Shown in pieces: positions 34,404 through 44,468 of a stretch of DNA of 44,468 bases. Source of the stretch: Scyliorhinus canicula. Taxonomy: Eukaryota. A program made the position numbers and the translations under genes. The notes under the pieces were generated by a model. That model made no database searches and was not told the origin of the DNA. It worked only from the letters and a program-made list of their open reading frames with translations. The stretch's first letter is position 1, and every line of letters begins with the position of its first letter. Where the stretch lies: positions 4,164,940 through 4,209,407 of the forward strand of contig NW_024055461.1 in NCBI RefSeq assembly GCF_902713615.1, in the 5' to 3' direction.

Positions 34404-34794
34404 TATTGAATGAAAAATGAAGAAAATAAGACTAATCTGAACTCCTTTCTCTAAGGTCCATCAGCACCGCTCCATTTCCCCGGTTATACAGTTTTCTCCC
34501 CTTTCCCAGACAGATATTTCTCACCAGGCCTGTCTGGGATGTGTCTGAACTCAAGGCCCTTCAGTGAAAGAGCCACTGCGCCACCATGCGGCCCATTCGG
34601 GTTAAGACACCTTCACCTTTGCCTTTTTATGGTAAACCCCAGAGACAGAATGATTTCACAGCTGAAGAATTCCACAGATCCACTACCCTCTGATGGAAGA
34701 AATGTCTCCTCATCTCTGTCCTAAATTTGAACCCCTTCCTCTGAGATTATGCCTCTGGCCCTAGACTCTCCCACAAGAGGAAAGAAGATGATTT

Positions 34795-34950
34795 TTTTAG
34801 GCTGTGCAACTGGTTGAAGCTCTTTCCACAGTCAGTGCACTCAGGTGTGTGTGGGTCTCGGGGCTTTTCCAGTCACACTGATGTTTGAAATCTCTTCCCA
34901 CAGTCAGAACAGACAAGCACATTGACAGTTTGTGATATTTAGATGCTAAT
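34795..34950 (-). pseudogene. C2H2 zinc-finger relic
   Basis: Minus strand reads gactgtgggaagagatttcaaacatcagtgtgactggaaaagc...gactgtggaaagagcttcaaccag, homologous to 41280-41420. Confidence 0.65.
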
Positions 34951-35184
34951 GAATTGAGTGACAGTCAGATCTGGATGTTATATTTGGTTCGAGTTGCCCA
35001 GCTGCCAATCCTCCCGTTCGAATGCCTGAAAAAGAAGTTTACAAAAATGATCACCAGAAGAACAGGGTAGAAATTCACAACAGATCATTTTAGTTTCTAT
35101 CAAACCTTCTTTCCTCTCTTGCTTTCCCCAAGCATGTGGTCCAGTCAAAATAAAAGACCAAAATCAGCTAGAAACCACAACAAA

Positions 35185-35432
35185 GGTGTAACTGCCTGTG
35201 CGGAGTCTGCCCGTTCCCACCGTGTCTGCGTGGGATTCCTCCGGGTGTTCCGGTTTCCTCCCACAGTCCAAAGATGTGCAGGTCAGGTGTGGCCATGCTA
35301 AATTGCCCTTATGTTAGATGGGGTTGCTAGGTTACAGGGATGGGGTGGAGGTGTGGTCTTAAGTAGGGTGCTCTTTCCAAGAGCCGGTGCAGACTCGATG
35401 GGCCGAATGGCCTCCTTCTGCACTATAAATTC
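35185..35432 (+). mobile_element. HE1-like SINE, 5'-truncated
   Basis: gtgcggagtctgcccgttc...cagtccaaagatgtgcagg...gcagactcgatgggccgaatggcctcc. Confidence 0.8.
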
Positions 35433-35462
35433 TATAATTGTATCTCTATGTATTGAACAATC

Positions 35463-36040
35463 CATGGAGGTAGGAGAGAGGCAGGGAAATGGGAGCCGGA
35501 AGGAAGGCACGGGTTACATTAACGAACATGGTATCTCCAGGAGTAGGGAACGAGGAGAATAAAGACGAAAGACAGGAGCAACGGCAGAAGCGGAAGTGAG
35601 CGCAAGACGGCAGCGAGATATGTCCGGGAGAAGCAAGCAACAACACCAACACCAAACCCATTCGAGTATTGCCCACTGTAATTGTTTCTCCGGCACCCGA
35701 ATGTATATTTACCTCCCCAATCTCTCCCCCCTCCCCCCCCCCCCCCCCCCCCCCCCCCGCCCGCAAACAGTCGCTTACTTATGTGTTGTAAATAATTTTG
35801 CCAGGTGTACAGAGTTGCTGCTGTTGAGCTGGTGCACAATACCCTACCAGTTATTCTATTTTATTTTTTATTGTATTTTTAAAAATTATTCACTATTTTC
35901 TTTTCTTTGGTATGTTGGGGTGTGTCCTTCTCTTCTATACATGTGTGTGTGTGTTATATATATATATGTTTCTTATCCTGTGTACATAACGGTAAATATA
36001 CTTTGTTGAAAAACCCAATAAAAAACATTTACCAAAAAAA
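35463..36040 (+). mobile_element. 5'-truncated non-LTR retrotransposon 3' end with a perfect 15-bp TSD
   Basis: ATGTATTGAACAATC at 35448-62 and 36041-55; ends aataaaaaacatttaccaaaaaaa. Confidence 0.85.
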
Positions 36041-36099
36041 ATGTATTGAACAATCAGCGAGTCAGCCTGAAATCTGCCTCACAATGCCCGGGTGATTGA

Positions 36100-36470
36100 T
36101 GGCAGCTCCGGACCAATAGGAAGAGGAGGGGCGGTACTGGAGGGCAGAACGGGACCGGCTGGTCCTCCAACCAATCGGAGTGAATGAGGGGCGGGGCACC
36201 GCTGTGATTGAAGCATGCGCAGTGTGTGTAATGGCGATGTAGAAGGATGTCTTTTTCAGATCGGAAATCGGTATGAGGCGTTTAACAATACGGAGGGAGC
36301 GAGAGATCGCGGGGGCGGGCGGAAACGTTGGTTAAAGTTTTTGCAATCGCAAAACTCTGAAATGTTTATGGGACCCAGTTTGTACGGAGCAGAGCTGCAG
36401 CTCCTCATCTTCGGCTCGGGTTAACGGCCGCCATCTTTATTGGATGTGCATCAGGGCGCATGCGCGTTTA
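36100..36470. promoter_or_regulatory. CpG-rich housekeeping-type promoter, probably bidirectional
   Basis: CCAAT at 36113 and 36171, GC box 36188-96, NRF1-like GCATGCGC 36213-20 and GCGCATGCGC 36456-65, YY1-like AATGGCG (+, 36230) and AAGATGGCGGC (-, 36427-37); candidate donor GTATGA at 36271. Confidence 0.7.
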
Positions 36471-37329
36471 TCATCTTTGTCGGGGCCGATGTTTCAATGA
36501 GTGGGTGGAGCTTGTTCCCCATTGTTCTGAATGGAGACAACTTGTCCATCAAACTGGATTAGTCTTTCAGTCCCAATGTCTTATTGATGATGCAAAGCGG
36601 TGGCAGAGATGGAAAGAAAAGGAAGCCAATCCAGCTCTCCGGATTTCACTGTCTCATTGTCCATCCTGCCCGATGTGTCCAAAGCTCTGTGGCCCTGTTC
36701 AGCCACATGAAGACCCAGGGCAGAAACTCACAACCCTGAGTCAACATCACCCTCAAATCAGGGGACTGCTGATGACGAGGGTCAGTGTGCAGCGGGGCGG
36801 GGGGGCGAGGCGGTATGAGCGGTGATCCTGGACCAGGGAGCAGGAAGAGAGGCCATTGTGAATTTCTATACTGAACTGACTAATTGATTTTGGAAACTCC
36901 TTTTATAGGGGATTAGTCGGTGAGGATTTACACACAGCAAACTCAAACCAGGAGAAATGTTTATCTTTCCTGAATTTTATTTCTGGACTGACAGTGATGC
37001 CTTTGTAAACTTCTTTCACAGGGACTTAGAAAGGGACAGGAAACTCACAACCAATCCTCACATCAAATTCTGACAGCACTTTTCTGGTGATCAGGACCTG
37101 GAGATTATCGACCTTTGTGTGTAAGCATTGAGTTCAAATCATTACCACACTGTAAATTTTCTTCCTCATATCTCCCCTGTAGATCTTGCTCACAATCTTA
37201 AATCTGTGTCCCATAATCCTTTTACAATCTGCTATTGAACAGCTTTTCTTTATCTTTTGCTGGGTTTGCCGTTGTCGTTTCCGGTGCCTGGGTCGCTGCC
37301 GGGAGGTCTGTCCGGTTTCATTCCCTTTT

Positions 37330-37411
37330 CCTGTTTTTGCAGCAGTTGAATGGGCTTGGACCAGTTCATTTAAGATCCAGAAAACAGTTGAAATCTCCTC
37401 CAAGAATTAGT
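37330..37411 (-). mobile_element. L1-type endonuclease fragment
   Basis: Minus strand reads LILGGDFNCFLDLK*, the APE 'GGDFN' motif. Confidence 0.6.
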
Positions 37412-37528
37412 TGATGTGTATCCATGTATGGGGGAACAATTCTTTTTACAAATGCCACATTGTCCTAGTTAGGGGCATAGCCATTCACCAGCACCACCAA
37501 TGTACCCGCCAACCACCCACTGACCACC

Positions 37529-37985
37529 GTGGTTACACTGCTGCCTCAGGCGCCGGGATCCCAGGTTCGGGTCACTGTCTGTGTGGAGTTTGCACATTCT
37601 CCCCGTGTTTGCCTTGGTTTCGGCTCCACAACCCAAAGATGTCCAGGGTAGGTCGATTGGCCACGCTAAATTGCCCCTCAATCGGAAAAAATGAATTGGG
37701 CACTCTAAATTCATATTTAAAAAAAACATTAACACTGCAATGAAGTTACTGTGAAAAGCCCCTGGTCGCCACATTCCGGTGCCTGTTTGGGTACACAGAG
37801 GGAGAATTCAGAATGTCCAAATGACTTAACAGCATGTCTTTCGTGACTAGTGAGATTAAACCAGAGCACCCGGAGGAAACCCACATAGACACAGGGAGAA
37901 CATGCAGACTCCGCACAGACAGTGACCCAAGCCAGGAATCGCACCTGGGATCCTGGAGCTGTGAAGCAACAGTGTTACCCACTGT
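37529..37985. mobile_element. Two adjacent SINEs: HE1-like (+, about 37529-37725) and a hybrid SINE (-, about 37730-37985)
   Basis: HE1 body on +; the minus copy has an HE1-like head and the family-A tail (gaagttactgtgaaaagcccc). Confidence 0.75.
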
Positions 37986-38041
37986 GCTACAGTTACTACC
38001 CCTTAAAACATGTTGCTTGGCCAACAGAAAACATTATCAAA

Positions 38042-38131
38042 GGGCTTGTCCGGGATTTGAACCCGGGGCCTCCCGCAAATTTCGAAACCAAAACACCCGA
38101 AGTGAGAATCATACTCCCAGACCAATGAGCC
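38042..38131 (-). tRNA. trnP: tRNA-Pro(CGG) with an 18-nt intron at 37/38, probably decayed
   Basis: GGCTCATTGGTCTGGGAGTATGATTCTCACTT-CGG-G[TGTTTTGGTTTCGAAATT]TGCGGGAGGCCCCGGGTTCAAATCCCGGACAAGCCC; TTTT terminator ~11 nt downstream; two acceptor-stem mismatches and one anticodon-stem mismatch. Confidence 0.85.
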
Positions 38132-38269
38132 CCTCAATGAAGGCAGTCGCCTCCTCTGGAGTCTCAAAATCAAAGTCTTTGGACTCATCTGCAACTCATA
38201 GCTTTGCTGGCTAAACCACCCCGAATGGAACTCCTTTCTTCGATAGAGCAGCCTGAACCTTATTAAAGG

Positions 38270-39260
38270 CCGCTCGCTTCCTCACCAGCTCGGCTCCCAC
38301 ATCCTGGTAAATCCTCACTAGGATAACTGAGTGAATCCCTTCCCACACTCAGAACAGGCGAATGGTCTGTCGCGGGTGTGACGGTGATGATGAATTTCCA
38401 ACTCACATGGAGACCTGAATCCCTTCCCACAGTCCCCACATTTCCATGGTTACAGCATGCTGCTGGTGTCCTTGTCCCTCTCCAAGTTTGACGATCAGTT
38501 GAACTCAAGTGTGTGTGTATCGGGTCTTTTTTCAGTAACGCTGATCTTTTTAAAAAATAAATTTAGAGTATCCATTTTTTTTTCCAATTAAGGGGCAATT
38601 TAGCATGTCCAATCCACCTACCCTGCACATCTTTGGGTTGTGGGGCTGAAACCCAGCAAACACGGGGAGAATGTGCAACCTCCACACGGACAGTGACCCG
38701 GGGCCGAGATCGAACCAGGGACCTCTGCACTGTGAGGCAGCAGTCCTAGTCACACTGATGTTGAAAATCTTTTCTTACAGACAGAGCAGACAAACATTTC
38801 TTCGTCTACATTCACAGGCCAATGATATTCAGGTCCTGATGAATGGAGTGACTCTGTTAAATCTTGCTGTGAAGTTTGATTTGAGTTTCCATCTGTAAAT
38901 CCTCCCCTTGTAATATCCTGTAAGAGGAGTTTATAAAAGTCATTAGGGGCAGGCACGGTGGCTCAGTGGTTAGCCGAGAACCCGGGTTTGATCCCGGGTC
39001 TCTGTCCATATGGACTTTGCACATTCTCCCCTTGTCAGTATGGGTTTAAAACCCACAATCCAAAAAGATGTGATGGATAAAATTACCCCTTAATTAGGAC
39101 AAAATACAATTTTGTAATCTATATTTAATAAAAAAACAATAGTCAGCACTCAGTCCAGGATAGAAATTCTGAACAGACAATTCTAGTTTCTCTGGAACAT
39201 TTTTCCCTCTCTTGTTCCCCCAAAGCTGTAAATCCCCGTCCCACACACTCTCCCTCCTCC
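38270..39260 (-). pseudogene. C2H2 ZNF pseudogene unit interrupted by SINEs (38557-38745 minus, 38946-39098 plus)
   Basis: Acceptor at 38918 and exon start gatattacaaggggagg homologous to 41155; broken fingers tggaaatgtggggactgtgggaagg and tctgagtgtgggaagggattcactcag. Confidence 0.8.
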
Positions 39261-39478
39261 CTGGGCTGAAATCCAAACCCATCTCACCATCTGCACCATT
39301 TCTTTCCTCCACTCCCAGTTTTCTCCCTCCCTCTCCTCTGCCTGGGTTCAGTTCTCCAGCTTCTGTCTGCAGACTGACAATAAACTCAATGGGTCTCATT
39401 GGGATTTGGGGCCTCCAGTGGGTGTTTGTGAATACTCCCTGTCCACCTCCCTGGGTTTCCTTCCTCCCCACAGACCAG

Positions 39479-39910
39479 GGCCGCGATTCTCTGGTCCGGC
39501 GTCAGAGTGCCGGCGCCAAAACAGGAGTACTTTACTCCGGCGCAGGTTCCGAGACCCGATTCCCGGGTCCTGGGGGGGCCAGCACAGCGCTGAAGTGGCC
39601 CATCCCCCACAGGCCGCCCCCGGACCGTTCAACCCCGAGGTCCAGCCGGGCCCAGAGCATGTTAGAACAGCGCCGGCGGGACTAGGATCTTTTCAGTCGG
39701 CCGGTCGGATCCATTCGGGCTGGAGAATCGCGGCACCGCCGGAGAATCGCCGCTATGGCTGTTTGCGGCGATTCTCCGTGCGGCCCAGCACCATGCGCGC
39801 CTGCCCGATTTTTTTTATGGGTGGGAGAATGGCGTTGAGGTGGCAGTGGCGCAATTCGCGCAGTTCCCTGCCGATTCTCCGGCCCGGCAGGGGGTCGGAG
39901 AATCGCGACC
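39479..39910. mobile_element. GC-rich MITE-like element
   Basis: 13-bp terminal inverted repeats ggccgcgattctc / gagaatcgcgacc (1 mismatch), internal ggagaatcgc/gcgattctcc inverted repeats, AG on both flanks. Confidence 0.6.
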
Positions 39911-40081
39911 AGAGTCCTCTGATGATTTGAGCCCAATCCTCGAATCACTCGATTAATTTCCATTTAATTGGGAAACAAAATTAAATGAAATTTCGTGGCT
40001 CCACAAAGTGTTTCCAACCTCTGCCTCCCACCCCGTTAACAGGTGGATGCAATTATTTTTCTTACTGAAAGGGTGGTCTCT

Positions 40082-40305
40082 GGGGACATGGTAGTGCTGT
40101 GGTTAGCACTGCTGCCTAATGGCGCTGAGAATCCTGATTCGATCCTGGCCCCGGGTCACTATCCATGTGGAGTTTACACATTCTCCCCGTCTCTGCGTGT
40201 GTCTCACCTTCACAACCCAAAGATGTGCAGGGTAGGTGATTTGAACAAGCTAATTTTGCACCTTAATTGGAATAAAAAGTTGGTTACTCCAAATATATTT
40301 TTTTA
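40082..40305 (+). mobile_element. HE1-like SINE
   Basis: gtggttagcactgctgcc...gattcgatcctggcc...caaagatgtgcagggtagg. Confidence 0.8.
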
Positions 40306-40499
40306 AACTCTTTCCTAATGTTTACAATTAAAGGTGTGGGTATCCCAGGAGAGGGCTACATTTCAGGGACAGTAAATGGACAGGTATCCGTCTCATGTTC
40401 TTATCTGGTACAGATTAGATATATTAATTACAGTTCCGTAATAAAATTCATAATTATTTCTCGCCATGTACTATAAGACTGTAGCTATGTTATAGATTT

Positions 40500-40915
40500 C
40501 CAGCTATCTCTTCCCTCAGAGGGTTGTGCTGGATTTCTCTTCCACAGGGACCAGTTGTATCTGGGGGTCATTGAATATATTGAACCACAAGTTAGACAGA
40601 TATTTTATTGACAATGGAGTTAAGGGTTATGGAGAACATGTAGGAAAATAGAGTGAAAGCTGAGATGAGGAGGGATTTCTTCACTCGAGGATGTGGTGAA
40701 GCTTTGGAATTCCCCAGAGGAATATGGAGCCTCAGCCATTAGGTATGTTCAAGACAAATATTGACAGGTTTCTAGATGTTGAAGATATCGAGGGATATGG
40801 GAATCGTGTGGGAAAATGGTGCTGAGGTAGATCGGCCAAGGATCTCATTGAATGGCTGAGCAGACTCGGTGGGCCGAATGGCCAACTCTTGATCCTATTA
40901 TAATCTCTGCGTCCT
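40500..40915 (+). mobile_element. Two CR1 3'-end fragments
   Basis: cttccctcagagggttgtg... and gaatggctgagcagactcggtgggccgaatggcc tails. Confidence 0.65.
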
Positions 40916-41418
40916 GGTCAGGAAGCAGTGAGCTGAGCTTGGATCTGTCAATCAACATGAACCAGCCCTTCAGGAGAATTGGGAGGGTGAATATTAGATA
41001 CAGCAGAGTGAGAATGGAGGGAGATTGTATCGGATGGAGATTTACAGATTTTGGAAAAGGAGAGAGGAAATTATATTCCATAGGAAGTAGAATTGTCTAT
41101 TCTGAATTCCTATCCTGTAATAACAGTGATGACTTTCATAAATTGTTTTTAAAGGATATTAGAAGAGGAGGAATTATAGACAGAAATCTCAAACATCACG
41201 TCTCGATGTGACAAACTCACTCGATTCCTTCTGATCTGAAAACAACGGGCTCTGAATATCATTGACGAGAAGGAGAAATGTTTGTCCGATCTTTCGGCGT
41301 CAAAAGATTTGAAATATCAATGTGACTGGAAAAGCACCGAGACCCACACCACACATCCGAGTGAGAGAGTTCCAGTGAACTCACTGCGAAAAGAGCTTCA
41401 ACCAGACACACGGCCTGA

Positions 41419-42728
<1,310 letters not shown>

Positions 42729-42734
42729 TGTGGG

Positions 42735-44468
42735 AAGGGATTATATAGAAACATGAAAAGGGAGAGCAGGAAGAGGCCATTTGGCCCTTTGCGCCTGATC
42801 TGCCATTCATTATGATCATGGCTTATCATCCAACTCAATAGCTTAATCCCGCTTTCCCCTCCATATCCTTTGACCCCCTTCGCCTTCAGTGCGATATCTA
42901 ACTGCTTCTTGCAAACAAATAATGTATTGGCCTTAAAGTTTTCCTGTGGTAACAAATTCCACGGGCTCACCACTCTCTGGTTGAAGAATTTTCTCCTCAT
43001 CTCTGTCTAAATGGTCTCCCCCGTATCCTCAGATTGCGACCTCTGGTTCTGTACACTCCCACCATCGGGAAAATCTTTCCTGCATCTACCTTGTTAAGTC
43101 CTGTTCGAATATTATAGGTTTCTATGAGATCCCCCTCATTCTTCTGAACTCCAGCGAATACAAACCTAACTGATTCAATCTCTCATACGTCAGTCCCACC
43201 ATCCCAGGAATCAGTCTGGTAAACGCTCGCTGCACTCCCTCTAGAGCAAGAACATCCTTCCTCAGATAAGGAGACCAAAATTGCACACAATATTCCAGAT
43301 ATGGCCTCGCCACGGCCCTGTGTAATAATAGCAAGATATTCCTGCTCCTGTACTCGAATCCGCTCGCAATGAAGGCTAGCATACCATTTGCCTTCTTTAC
43401 CGCCTGCTGTAGCTGCATGCTTACCTTCAGTGACTGGTGTACAAGGATACCCAGGTCTCGTTGCACATTCCCCACCTCTCCTAATCTATGGCCGTTCAGA
43501 TAATAGTCTGCCTTCTCATTTTTGGTACCAATGTGGATAACCTCGCATTTCTCCAAATTATACTGCATCTGCCATTCATTTGCCCACTCACTCAACTTGT
43601 CCAAATCACACTGAAGGATCTCTGCATCCTCCTCATGGCTCACCCTCCCAAGCAACTTGTGTGATCTGTAAATTTGGAGATATTGCATTTTGTTCCCTCA
43701 TCTAAGTTGTTAATATATAAGTGGCGCAGCTGCCTCATGGTGCTGAGGATCAGGGTTCAGTCATGCCTGGGTCACTGTCTGTGTGCAGTCAAGTTCTCGA
43801 CTTTGCATGGGTCTCACCCCCATAACCCCAAAGATGTGCAGTGGAGGGGAACTGGCCATGCTAAATTACCACTTCATTGCAAAAATAGAATTGAGTACTT
43901 TAAATTTGAAAAGAAAAATCATTTATATATCTTGTGAATATCTGGGCCCAGGCACCGATCCCTGCGGTACCCCACTAGCCACTGCCTGCCAATTTGAAAA
44001 GGATCCATTAATTCCTCCTCTTTGTTTCCTGTCTGCCAGTCAGTTTTTTTATCCATCTCAAGAGACGACCCCTAATCCCATGTGCTTTCATTTTGCACAC
44101 TAATATCTTATGCAGGAATAAGTCGAAAGCCATCTGAAAGTCCAAATATACCACATCCACTGGCTCTCCCTCGTCAACTCTACCAGTTACACCCTTGAAG
44201 AATTCCAGTAGATTTGTCAAGCATGATTTCCCCTTAATAAATGCATGCTGATTCTGTCCGATCCTGCCACTGGTTTCTAAGTGCTTTTCTTTAAAATCTT
44301 TGATAATGGATTCTAAAATTTGCCCCACTGCCGATGTCAGGCTTTCTGGTCTATAATTCCCTGTTTTGTCTCGAGGGTCCCTATTTAAATAGTGGAGTTA
44401 CATAAGCCACCCTCCAATGTTCAGGAATTGTTCCAGAGTCTATAGAATCCTGGAAGATGACCACCAAT
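42735..44468 (-). mobile_element. CR1-type LINE (RT plus 3' UTR), with an HE1-like SINE inserted at about 43721-43917
   Basis: Minus peptides QHAFIKGKSCLTNLLEFF...VVYLDFQMAFD and LQCDLDKLSEWANEWQMQYNLEKC...RPYLEYCVQFWSPY. Confidence 0.95.

Overview
This is cartilaginous-fish (shark-type) genomic DNA holding one complete, unrearranged, cluster-type IgM heavy-chain gene on the + strand: leader (10642/10654), VH with a 23-RSS, D1 (12/22), D2 (12/12), one JH (23), a 13.8-kb J-C intron, Cmu1-Cmu4, secretory tailpiece, TM1 and TM2. I found no stops or frameshifts in any segment. Upstream 1-9.5 kb is mostly decayed LINE/SINE sequence. Downstream (34.7-44.5 kb) is a C2H2 zinc-finger neighbourhood: a CpG-rich bidirectional-looking promoter, one 14-finger ORF, antisense ZNF relics, an intron-bearing tRNA-Pro(CGG) and CR1 LINEs. 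The most striking signal is in the J-C intron. A ~2.6-kb G-rich 39-bp tandem array carrying about 50 AGCT motifs (many as GAGCTGGGG, the mammalian S-mu motif) ends ~0.7 kb before Cmu1, where a class-switch region would sit. It is preceded by a C-rich 38-bp array and by a 260-bp palindromic Penelope-like element with a minimal hammerhead ribozyme motif on each strand. All element-family names come from recognised motifs, not database searches.
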